From Desulfobacterales bacterium (GTDB lineage: Bacteria; Desulfobacterota; Desulfobacteria; Desulfobacterales; UBA2245), in assembly GCA_040771865.1 (NCBI GenBank), contig JAXGZF010000007.1, forward strand, positions 124,001 to 188,000: a DNA stretch of 64,000 bases, given 5' to 3'. The notes below the pieces were generated by a model. It searched no databases. It saw nothing but the letters and a program-made list of their open reading frames with translations, and was not told the origin of the DNA. Position 1 is the stretch's first letter, and the number at the start of each line of letters is the position of its first letter. Made by a program: the position numbers and the translations under genes. This document shows, in pieces, positions 1 to 9,695 of the stretch.

Positions 1-155
1 CATCTTATCCCCCAAGCTGCGTATCAGTTCAAGAAACCTCGGATGGAGAGGTTATGAAAATTTCTTTATCACATTACGCGCATCCGCAAACAATATTTTG
101 ATGCATCCAACTCTTTTTCGAGCACTCCGGATTTTGTTCAAACCGTTTTGAATCA

Positions 156-2372
156 TCAGGCCTCGCTGAGTTCGAAAATCCCCTCGGGATCGAGAATCAA
201 CCCAATCTGGCCGTCTCCCATGATCGCCCCGCCGGAAACCCCTCGAAGATTCTTCAGACGCTCCCCGAGATTCTTGATCACCACCTCGGTTTTTCCGATA
301 ATCTCGTCGACCATCATGCATTTGGACTGACTTTCTCCGTCCACCACCAGCACAATGGCCTCCCATGGAACCATCCGCTCCGGCCGGATGTTGAAAAGCT
401 CGTACAATCGTACTAGCGGCATCAGGCGCCCCATGACATTGATGATCTCTCCCTTTCCGACGACGTTGGCATAGGCGCTCTCCTGAGGCCGAAACGCCTG
501 GCGTATGGCGGAGGTCGGCAGAATATATCTTTCCGGTCCGATCTTGACGATCATTCCATCGATAATAGCCATGGTCAACGGAAAACTCGTCACCAGGGTT
601 GTGCCTTTCCCCGGAGCGCTTTCAATTTCGATCTTGCCCCTTAACTTTTCAACGGCCTGTTTGACCACGTCCATGCCCACGCCCCGGCCGGATACATCGG
701 TGATCTTCTCGGCCGTGGACAGGCCGGGCATTAGGATCAGCCGGAACACATCCTGATCCGACATTCCCTCATCATTTTCAATGAGGCCGTTTTTAATGGC
801 TTTATTCAGAATTTTTGTCCGGTCCAGCCCCTTTCCGTCATCAACGATCTCAATGACGACATTGCCGCCCCGGTGATAGGCTTTGAGCTGGATCAACCCC
901 TTTTCCGGTTTGCCTTGTTTAATACGCTCGGCAGCGGGTTCGATTCCGTGGTCCACGGAATTTCGAATCATATGCACCAGAGGGTTGTAGATTTCATCCA
1001 CCATGTTGCGGTCGATTTCCGTTTCCTCGCCTTCCATTTCCACGGCGATCTGCTTGCCCGTACTTTTGGCAAGGTCTCTGACCAGGCGCGACATTCTCTG
1101 AAAGGTCTGCTTGATGGGAACCATTCTCAGCCCGGTGGAAAGCCGCTGCAGACCCGAGGTGATTCGGAAGAACTGGGCGATGTCCCGCGTCAGATTGCGG
1201 TCGACGGTCAGCTGGTTCTTGATGTCCTGCTGAATCATCGACTGGGTGATCACCAGTTCGCCCACCATGTCGATCATATCATCAAGTTTCTGCGTGTCCA
1301 CCCGAATCGTCGAAGTATCCGTAATCTGGGCTGTCTGCTTTCGAAGAGCCTGGGAAACCTGTCTGGGCGTAACCTTGCCCTCGCCGATCAGAGCCTCGCC
1401 CAGCTTTTTGGGAGGATCGCCCTTGGCGGCCTTCAAGCCTTGTTCAAGAATTTCGGGCGTAATCGCCCCATCATCAATAAGAATCTCGCCAAGCTTTTTC
1501 CCGGTCGGCAGATCATTCTGACGAACCTTGTTAATGCGCGCCATCAGAGCCTTGATATCAAGATCCAGGGCCTGCGCCGGCGAACCGGCCAATCGATCCT
1601 TCAACTGGCCGATCAGCATCTTCAACGCATCGGCGCCGTCCAGAACCACGTCAATGACCGGCGGCGTAACCTGAAGCTGATCGTTCCGGGCGTCATCCAG
1701 AAGGTTTTCCAGATTATGCGCCAGATCGCGGATGGTTTCCAGATTCAGAAAGCTCGCAACTCCCTTCATCGAATGAAATGGACGGAATATGGTATTGATA
1801 TAGTCCTTATTGCCCGGCTCCTGCTCCAGGTTCAGGATATTGACCTCAATTTCCTCTATATATTCGAGGCCTTCGGAAATAAAATCTTTCAAGAGGGACT
1901 CATCCTGAATTTCGGCCTCCTGCGGCGGCGAAACCGGCTGGTCTGACTTTGAATCCGAGCTTTGAAGAGCTTCCGGCGGGGACTGATCCCCAACCTGAGA
2001 GCCTTCGACAGAAATCGGCGCACCTGAAATCGCGGAAGCCGCCTCCAGAAAATCCTGAATGCTTCCGGTATATTCACCGGAATTCTGAAAACTGTCGGCA
2101 ATCCGCTGCATCAGGGAAATTCCGCTTTCGATCTGTTTAAACGCATCTTCCTTGGAATCGACGGCATCGAGAATAAATTTTTCCAGAATATGCCCCATTG
2201 CCCGGGCCGTCTGAATCAGAAGTGGAATATCAAAATTCTGCGCCTCCTGAGTCACCTCGTCAAGCTGGTTGAGAAATTTTCCGGAAGTGGGAATATCCAG
2301 TTTCTGGCCGTCGAGAAACAAAAAATCCGACGCCATTCCATTGAGTTTGTTGATCAAGGAATCAATTTGCAT
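156..2372 (-). CDS. cheA: Chemotaxis histidine kinase CheA with internal MshEN-like repeat
   Basis: Hpt motif FRPFHSMKG, dimerisation region IRVDTQKLDDMIDMVGELVI, HATPase motifs (RNSVDHGIE, DDGKG, SGRGVGMDVV), C-terminal CheW domain. Confidence 0.97.
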   Translation of the reverse strand: MQIDSLINKLNGMASDFLFLDGQKLDIPTSGKFLNQLDEVTQEAQNFDIPLLIQTARAMGHILEKFILDAVDSKEDAFKQIESGISLMQRIADSFQNSGEYTGSIQDFLEAASAISGAPISVEGSQVGDQSPPEALQSSDSKSDQPVSPPQEAEIQDESLLKDFISEGLEYIEEIEVNILNLEQEPGNKDYINTIFRPFHSMKGVASFLNLETIRDLAHNLENLLDDARNDQLQVTPPVIDVVLDGADALKMLIGQLKDRLAGSPAQALDLDIKALMARINKVRQNDLPTGKKLGEILIDDGAITPEILEQGLKAAKGDPPKKLGEALIGEGKVTPRQVSQALRKQTAQITDTSTIRVDTQKLDDMIDMVGELVITQSMIQQDIKNQLTVDRNLTRDIAQFFRITSGLQRLSTGLRMVPIKQTFQRMSRLVRDLAKSTGKQIAVEMEGEETEIDRNMVDEIYNPLVHMIRNSVDHGIEPAAERIKQGKPEKGLIQLKAYHRGGNVVIEIVDDGKGLDRTKILNKAIKNGLIENDEGMSDQDVFRLILMPGLSTAEKITDVSGRGVGMDVVKQAVEKLRGKIEIESAPGKGTTLVTSFPLTMAIIDGMIVKIGPERYILPTSAIRQAFRPQESAYANVVGKGEIINVMGRLMPLVRLYELFNIRPERMVPWEAIVLVVDGESQSKCMMVDEIIGKTEVVIKNLGERLKNLRGVSGGAIMGDGQIGLILDPEGIFELSEA

Positions 2373-2374
2373 AA

Positions 2375-3451
<1,077 letters not shown>

Positions 3452-3961
3452 CTAACGTCCATCTTGAACATAAGGATACCAGTCTCCCTTGCGAAGGGTG
3501 TTGACCTTGTACACGATCGCCTCGTTTTTCAAGGTATTATAGACAATCTTTCTTCCCATGGTACCGCCCACGTCCTCGGATATGGTTCGAATCCGGTTTT
3601 TGTTTAAGACCGATCTGGCTACGGCTATGTTTTCCCGAGCGACTTTCATGCATGCAGCCGAACTGTCGGATGCGCCCCCAAAAATCTGTGCGTACATATC
3701 CTTGTTGCGACTTCCTTCCTGTTGAAACATCCGGATCATGTGCTCAAGCGCCGCGTTGCCGTATTGAGATGTGGCTTTTTCAGACTCCGAAAAGCGCGGA
3801 TACAAGTAATTCGCCATGCCGCCGCATTGATTTCTGCTGTCCCAGAAAGATACCGCCACACAGGATCCCAGAACCGTGGATATTAGATGCGGCGTGCGGG
3901 TCAGAAAAATATAGCCGGGCATCAAAAAATATTCAGCCAGCTGAATATTGCTTTCGCTCAT
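3452..3961 (-). CDS. cheD: CheD-family paralogue, catalytic His apparently replaced
   Basis: STVLGSCVAV, IFGGA and EDVGGTMGRKI motifs; GGMANY where GGMxHF is usual. Confidence 0.85.
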   Translation of the reverse strand: MSESNIQLAEYFLMPGYIFLTRTPHLISTVLGSCVAVSFWDSRNQCGGMANYLYPRFSESEKATSQYGNAALEHMIRMFQQEGSRNKDMYAQIFGGASDSSAACMKVARENIAVARSVLNKNRIRTISEDVGGTMGRKIVYNTLKNEAIVYKVNTLRKGDWYPYVQDGR

Positions 3962-4413
3962 TTCACGGCGTCTTCTTCCTGAAAAGTCAAAATACAGGAA
4001 AATCCCTCGCCATCCGACTCAAAACCCGCTGCAATCGAACAATCTGAATCCGGTACCGTCTGAATCTGCCCGGTTTTTTTTGACAGCTGAGGCAGGCCCA
4101 GATCAAATACCCGATCGGCGTCAAATTTTCGCAGAAAATTGCCGCAAATCATATTGGCGGACTCCTTGAGGCAATCCTCCACAATCACCGGGTTGATTTC
4201 ATCCGGTTCCAGATTAAGCATGTTCATCGCCATGGTCCGGGCAAAATTTTCGGGGAAAAAGAATTGCATCTGACCGTCTCGAGGCCCCCTGAATGAAATC
4301 TGCGCGGCCATATCATAATGTCCGCCGATCTGGACCTGTTCCAGAAAAATGTAGAACATTTTTTCAAACACCTCAAAAATCGAGGTCACCCACACCTGTT
4401 TCGTCCTGTCCAT
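3958..4413 (-). CDS. cheX: CheX/CheC-like chemotaxis phosphatase
   Basis: DCLKESANMICGNFL (ExxN motif); lies inside the che operon. Confidence 0.75.
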   Translation of the reverse strand: MDRTKQVWVTSIFEVFEKMFYIFLEQVQIGGHYDMAAQISFRGPRDGQMQFFFPENFARTMAMNMLNLEPDEINPVIVEDCLKESANMICGNFLRKFDADRVFDLGLPQLSKKTGQIQTVPDSDCSIAAGFESDGEGFSCILTFQEEDAVK

Positions 4414-4804
4414 AGGCTCCGTCTTTACTCATTCCCAGAACCTCGTAAAGCGTGCTTCGAAGTTCTTCGGGTTGAAAGGGTTTTTTGATAAATCCTTTGG
4501 CGCCGTGGCTCAAAGCCTCCTGCATCCGCTCGTCGCTGCCTTCGGTCGTAATGATGATCACGGGAATTTCCTTATACAGATCATCGGCCTGCATGGCTTT
4601 TAGCAGCTCCAGTCCGTTGACTTCGGGCATATTGATGTCGGAAATGATCACATCCACCCAGTTTTTCTTGAGTATTTCCAGCGCTTCTCTTCCGTTGGAC
4701 GCCTCATAGCAATGATCCATTTTAAATCCTGAAATCGTAGCAATCTTTTTGATTACCGCCCGCATGGCACCGGAATCATCAACGATCATGATGTTGCAAG
4801 ACAT
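4373..4804 (-). CDS. cheY: CheY-like single-domain response regulator
   Basis: IMIVDDS, ISDINMP, ITTEG, KKPF motifs. Confidence 0.9.
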   Translation of the reverse strand: MSCNIMIVDDSGAMRAVIKKIATISGFKMDHCYEASNGREALEILKKNWVDVIISDINMPEVNGLELLKAMQADDLYKEIPVIIITTEGSDERMQEALSHGAKGFIKKPFQPEELRSTLYEVLGMSKDGAYGQDETGVGDLDF

Positions 4805-4830
4805 ATTAACCTCTCGGGTTGCCGGTAATT

Positions 4831-5679
4831 TTATTCAATATTTACAAGTCCTCTGGCGGCCTCTAATTGATCTGTCAACTCGACAATGCTTTCTTCGACA
4901 TCCCGCATTCGAAGATTAAACTTCTCAATGACCTCGCCGAGTCCCCGGTAGGCCAGGCCGTCCTCTCCGACCCCGATTCCCGTCATCAGACAGATTTGGT
5001 CGGAAAGATAAACCAGCCAGGGAATGGTCTTGTTTTCCTTTTCCAGCAGATCGGGCCGGTGATGAAAAGCGATGGCCTCCATGATGTCTTCCGGAAATTT
5101 CCAATGTTCGGCAATGCGCCGCCCCGCCTCGGCGTGATTGATTCCAATGAGTTGCTCCTCGGCTTCCAGGAAAGAACGCCCGTGATGGATGACCAGTTCC
5201 ATGACTTTCTGAAAAGATTCGCCGACGAACTCTCCCATGACCAGTTTTCCAACATCGTGCAGCAGGGCCGCCGTATATAATTGAGGATTTCTGCGCCGAT
5301 ACAGTTTCTGAAACAGGATTTGCGACATCAGGGCAACCGCCACGGAATGCTCCCAGAGCTGAATCCCGGTCGGCACATATCCCTTGACCGGCCCGTGGTA
5401 AAATTTTGAAATTCCCGCGGTTCGGACCGCACGGATGATGTTTTCCTGTCCCAGATAGGTTACGGCGTCCATGATGGAACGAATGGGCTGCCTGACGCCA
5501 AAATAAGCCGAGTTGCTCATCTTGAGGATCTGAGCCGCGATGGCCTGATCCAGTTCGATCACCCGCGCGAGTTGGGCGGCCGAATAGTCCCCGGAACTGA
5601 TCAGTTCTTCGACCTTCCTCACAGTCGCCGGAAAAGCCGGAATCCTTTCAATGGTTTGAAGGATCTTATCAAGCATCAC
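4831..5679 (-). CDS. HDOD domain protein
   Basis: IPAFP, ILKMSNSAYF, LWEHSVAVA, AALLHDVGKL, INHAEAG, WKFP, AIAFHH. Confidence 0.92.
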   Translation of the reverse strand: MMLDKILQTIERIPAFPATVRKVEELISSGDYSAAQLARVIELDQAIAAQILKMSNSAYFGVRQPIRSIMDAVTYLGQENIIRAVRTAGISKFYHGPVKGYVPTGIQLWEHSVAVALMSQILFQKLYRRRNPQLYTAALLHDVGKLVMGEFVGESFQKVMELVIHHGRSFLEAEEQLIGINHAEAGRRIAEHWKFPEDIMEAIAFHHRPDLLEKENKTIPWLVYLSDQICLMTGIGVGEDGLAYRGLGEVIEKFNLRMRDVEESIVELTDQLEAARGLVNIE

Positions 5680-6158
5680 AACTCCCTTGCCATGCCTTGA
5701 GCGCTTTTAACCGTGCACCGGCCGTCTGCAATGCCAAGACTGACGGTGCGGTTGAAGTTTTGTCCAGTATCTTCTTTGTCGATAAATACATTGTTCTTCC
5801 AGAAAATTTTTCGAACTGCGGTAATATTTTTCTGCCCGATCCGAAAAAAATTAGTATCGTTCAGAATGCTGGCGCCTCCGGCGATTTTAACAATCATCCT
5901 CTTTTTTTCAGCGCCCAGCTGATAGCAGGCTTTGAACAAAAGCGGAATGCCCGTATCGGCGAACATGCACGGATTCTCTCTGGCCTTGTCCGCATCCAGG
6001 GCAGCATTGGGCAGCATAAAATGCAGCATGCCGCCCACCCGGACATGGGGATCATATACGACAACCGCGATGCATGACCCCAGCGCGTAAGTAATGAGAA
6101 CGTCAGAAGAATTTTGAGACGCTTTAAAGTCTGAAATGCCAACCACAATCGTCGCCAT
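5676..6158 (-). CDS. cheD: Chemoreceptor glutamine deamidase CheD
   Basis: TYALGSCIAV, GGMLHFMLP, KIAGGA, IGQKN motifs. Confidence 0.93.
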   Translation of the reverse strand: MATIVVGISDFKASQNSSDVLITYALGSCIAVVVYDPHVRVGGMLHFMLPNAALDADKARENPCMFADTGIPLLFKACYQLGAEKKRMIVKIAGGASILNDTNFFRIGQKNITAVRKIFWKNNVFIDKEDTGQNFNRTVSLGIADGRCTVKSAQGMAREL

Positions 6159-6162
6159 AAAT

Positions 6163-6981
6163 CTATTTCCGATAAACGCTGGGCTCTATGTATTTGAAGT
6201 GATGGTTTAATCCTGTCAGGCTCTCCGAGTGTCCCACAAAAAAATATCCTCCATCCCGCAAGCAGTTGTAAAACCGGTTGACCAGGGCGCCCTGGGTCTG
6301 TTTATCGAAATAAATCATCACATTGCGGCAGAAGATAATGTCAAAAACAAAATCACGCGAAGGATCTTCCATTAGATTGAAGCGCGAAAACCGGACCATG
6401 CTCTGTATCCCGCGCTTTACCCGGCAATATCCAGCCCAGTCGCCTGTGCCTTTTTGAAAATATTTTTTCACCAAAGGGGAAGGCACGTTCTCCAGCCGCT
6501 CTTTCGCATAAATCCCCTCCATTGCAGTCTTCAACACGCGGGTGGATATATCCGTTGCGGCGATGCGGACATCCATGCCGCCTTCCGAAAAACACTCCCT
6601 GGCGGTGATGGCCAGCGTATAAGGCTCCTCTCCGGTGGAGCACCCGGCACTCCATATTTTCAACTGCGAGGGCGGCTGGGCGCTTGTTTTGATGGCTGAA
6701 AAAATGCTGCTCAGCTTTTTGAAGTGTTTGTCTTCTCTGAAGAAATAGGTCAGGTTGGTTGAAAGGGAGTCGATCATGCTGATCAGTTCGTCGGTGCCTT
6801 CTTCCGTAGTAACATACCGAAAATAATCGGAGAAAGAATCAAAACTCCCTTCTCTGAGCCGCTTGCTGAGCCGGGCCTTGACCAGTTCCTTTTTACCGGC
6901 GTGAAGGTTAATGCCGCACTGTTCATAAACCAGTCGGCTGATCTTTTCAAAATCTCTGTCACGAAGATCGACTGTCGTCAT
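6163..6981 (-). CDS. cheR: Chemotaxis methyltransferase CheR
   Basis: TNLTYFFRE, IWSAGCSTGEEPY, FDIIFCRNVMIYF, VGHSE. Confidence 0.97.
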   Translation of the reverse strand: MTTVDLRDRDFEKISRLVYEQCGINLHAGKKELVKARLSKRLREGSFDSFSDYFRYVTTEEGTDELISMIDSLSTNLTYFFREDKHFKKLSSIFSAIKTSAQPPSQLKIWSAGCSTGEEPYTLAITARECFSEGGMDVRIAATDISTRVLKTAMEGIYAKERLENVPSPLVKKYFQKGTGDWAGYCRVKRGIQSMVRFSRFNLMEDPSRDFVFDIIFCRNVMIYFDKQTQGALVNRFYNCLRDGGYFFVGHSESLTGLNHHFKYIEPSVYRK

Positions 6982-7100
6982 ATCCGCCTCTGAAAATCAA
7001 TTATGTCCGGCCTCCATGAGAAAGGCCTACGTCATAAAAATGGCAGCGCCGAAATTTCGACAACACCGATGCCGTCATCAAATTCACCGGTCAATCGCAT

Positions 7101-7610
7101 TTATGCCGCAAGGCTTTCGAGTTCTTCCTTGCTCAACACCAGATCGATATCCAGCAGAATTTTAATCGCATTATTGATTTTCGCCATGCCCAGAATGTAC
7201 TGGGTGTTCAGCTTCACACCGAATGTGGGAGTATCTTCGATGTCCGAGCTCTTGATGTTCAATACCTCGGAAACGGAATCCACCACAATTCCCATCATCA
7301 CCGACGCGGCATCGCCGACGGTTTCGACCACCACAATACACGTCCGGTCGGTATAATCCATGGCTTCCATGCTGAATTTTCGCCTCAAATCCACCACCGG
7401 AATCACCTTGCCGCGCAGGTTGATTACGCCTTTGACAAACTCAGGCGTCTGTGGCACCGAGGTAATCGGCATCATGCCGATAATTTCCTTAACCTTCAGA
7501 ATACTGATTCCATATTCTTCTTCGGCAAGCGAAAAGGTCAGATATTTGCCTTCTCTGACAGCCTGTTTCTGCTTAACTTCAACTTGGGCATTTGCGGCAT
7601 CTTGCGCCAT
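7101..7610 (-). CDS. cheW: Chemotaxis adaptor CheW
   Basis: YLTFSL, GVINLRGKVIPVVDLR, GIVVDSVSEV; start moved to ATG at 7610, which has a GGAGG RBS. Confidence 0.95.
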   Translation of the reverse strand: MAQDAANAQVEVKQKQAVREGKYLTFSLAEEEYGISILKVKEIIGMMPITSVPQTPEFVKGVINLRGKVIPVVDLRRKFSMEAMDYTDRTCIVVVETVGDAASVMMGIVVDSVSEVLNIKSSDIEDTPTFGVKLNTQYILGMAKINNAIKILLDIDLVLSKEELESLAA

Positions 7611-7812
7611 AAATTTTTCCTCCTGTTGGCCACTTTCTAAGACATGCTGATTTCGGAACTTTTCGACACCCTGTCGCACTTATTGCATTATCGGTTAATA
7701 TTCAACAGTCATCACCCGTTTTTTTCACACGTTTTCAGGCAGATGGTTCACCACTCAAAAACCGGCCATAAAAACGTCCATTCATTGTCCTGCCGATTTT
7801 GACCGAAAAATA

Positions 7813-7828
7813 TGCAAACCATATGCCT
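7813..7828 (-). promoter_or_regulatory. Sigma54 (-24/-12) promoter candidate for the che operon
   Basis: Minus strand reads AGGCATATGGTTTGCA, i.e. GG-N10-GC, about 200 bp upstream of cheW and next to a sigma54 activator gene. Confidence 0.7.
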
Positions 7829-7950
7829 TGATTTTAAAAATGCGAAAAAAATTCTAGACCATCATCGTTCGTTGCTGGCAGCGGCGTTGAATGATTTCAG
7901 ACCATGGCCGTTTCCAGAAAAAATCGATCTGGAAATCCGTTCTGAATTAC

Positions 7951-7964
7951 GTCATTTTTTTGAC
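7951..7964. promoter_or_regulatory. FleQ-type enhancer box candidate
   Basis: GTCATTTTTTTGAC, a 14-bp GTCA-N6-TGAC palindrome about 125 bp upstream of the sigma54 promoter; resembles the Pseudomonas FleQ box. Confidence 0.55.
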
Positions 7965-8060
7965 AAATTTGGGTTTTATAGATTGAACTTTCTGCAAATT
8001 TATCTTATAAAGCAATACAATTTGAATTGTATCATGCCGGATCGATTCAGAAGGAATTGT

Positions 8061-9470
8061 ATGAAAGCAAAAATACTGATTGCGGAAGACAACGCCCTGA
8101 GCCGTGAAAACCTCAGCGAACTGCTGTCCTCTGCCGGATATGACGTCAAGGCTGTTGAGGACGGCCGCCAGGCCATGGATGCATATGTAGAAGACGCATA
8201 CGACATGGTGATTACGGATCTGAAAATGCCCCATGTGGACGGCCTGACGCTTCTGAAATTCCTGAAAGAAATCAACCCGGATAATATTGTCATCATGGTC
8301 ACCGGCTACGGAACCGTCGACACGGCGGTAAATGCCATGAAGCTGGGTGCTTTTGATTTCATTGTCAAACCCATCAAGGAAGACCTTGTTGAGCTGACCG
8401 TCGAACGGGCACTGGCCTATGCCCGCCTGAAAAAAGAAAACATCACCCTCAAGGATCATCTGAAGGAAAAATACGATTTCGGGAAAATGATCGGTTACAG
8501 CGATTCGATGAAACAAGTTTTTGACACCATCGAAAAGGTATCCCGATCCGACAGCACGGTAATCATATTCGGAGAAAGCGGAACCGGCAAGGAACTCGTC
8601 GCCAGAGCCATCCACTTCAACAGCGATCGCAAGAACAATCCCATGGTTCCCGTCAACTGCGGCGCCATTCCCGAAGATCTGCTGGAAAGTGAACTGTTCG
8701 GACATGAAAAAGGCGCTTTCACCGGCGCTATCCGCAATCGACTGGGACGTTTTGAACTCGCCCAGGGAGGAACGATCTTTCTGGATGAAATCGGCGATAT
8801 GAGCCCCTCTCTTCAGGTCAAACTCCTTCGCGTACTTCAGGAAAAACAGTTCGAACGCATCGGGGGCGTCAAAACCATTCACGCGGATGTCAGAATCATC
8901 GCCGCAACCAATCAGAATCTTGAAAAAGCCGTGCAGGAAAACCGCTTTCGGGAGGATTTGTATTACCGGATCAATGTAATTCCCATCAATCTGCCTCCCC
9001 TGCGAAAACGCGGTCCGGACATCGCCATTCTGGCCAACCATTTCATCAGAAAATTCAGCCAGGCAAAGGGAAAGCAGATAACCAAAATCTCACCAGAGGT
9101 CATCAACTGCTTTATGCGCTATTCATGGCCAGGAAACGTCAGAGAACTTGAAAATCTAATGGAAATGCTGGTCGTCATGAAAGAGGGCACCGAAGTGGTG
9201 CTATCGGATATTCCCGAAAAAATCCGGCAGCATCAGAAAGAAGAAACATCTATTCAAAACTTTGCATTCTCTGAATATGGCATATCCCTGAACGACATGG
9301 TCTCTGATTTTGAAAGAAACCTGATTTTACAAGCCCTTGAAAAAAGCGGGGGAATCAAAAACAAGGCGGCCAAGCTGTTGAACCTGAACCGAACCACTCT
9401 GGTCGAAAAACTCAAGCGTCTCAACATTTCAAGCATCCCCCGCAGCTCGCGCAGGGCAAAGGACAGATAA
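8061..9470 (+). CDS. Sigma54-dependent response regulator (REC-AAA+-Fis HTH), FleQ/FlrA-like
   Basis: REC domain from MKAKILIAED (start 8061), GESGTGKE, GAFTGA, FLDEIGD, WPGNVREL; HTH ends RTTLVEK as in FleQ/FlrA. Confidence 0.93.
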   Translation: MKAKILIAEDNALSRENLSELLSSAGYDVKAVEDGRQAMDAYVEDAYDMVITDLKMPHVDGLTLLKFLKEINPDNIVIMVTGYGTVDTAVNAMKLGAFDFIVKPIKEDLVELTVERALAYARLKKENITLKDHLKEKYDFGKMIGYSDSMKQVFDTIEKVSRSDSTVIIFGESGTGKELVARAIHFNSDRKNNPMVPVNCGAIPEDLLESELFGHEKGAFTGAIRNRLGRFELAQGGTIFLDEIGDMSPSLQVKLLRVLQEKQFERIGGVKTIHADVRIIAATNQNLEKAVQENRFREDLYYRINVIPINLPPLRKRGPDIAILANHFIRKFSQAKGKQITKISPEVINCFMRYSWPGNVRELENLMEMLVVMKEGTEVVLSDIPEKIRQHQKEETSIQNFAFSEYGISLNDMVSDFERNLILQALEKSGGIKNKAAKLLNLNRTTLVEKLKRLNISSIPRSSRRAKDR

Positions 9471-9546
9471 GGGGCTCCCGGGATTGGGCCGGCAGAAACT
9501 CATCATGTTTTTGACCCGTCTGAAATCATCAGCCTTCAATAGGTCC

Positions 9547-9695
9547 TAACAGGGTGTTGAAAAACAAGAATCAGGCCGTCAGGCAAGGCGCGCGGCGATT
9601 CGACAAGCGCAGCATATTCAAGCATATGTGAGCATTGGCGAGGGCCGCGCAACGCTGAACGGCTGCCTCAGACGCAGTTTTTCAACAGCCTGCTA
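9547..9695. mobile_element. MITE-like miniature inverted-repeat element
   Basis: 19-nt terminal inverted repeats TAACAGGGTGTTGAAAAAC and GTTTTTCAACAGCCTGCTA (2 mismatches), non-coding interior; the right end supplies the nnr stop codon. Confidence 0.7.

Noticed and set aside
7686..7715. Sigma28-like -10 element (ACCGATAA, minus strand) upstream of cheW
   Set aside because: No TAAA-like -35 at the expected spacing; too weak to call
7812..8060. 83-aa N-terminal extension of the sigma54 regulator given in the ORF track
   Set aside because: The REC domain starts at ATG 8061 with an RBS; the extension overlaps promoter and enhancer motifs
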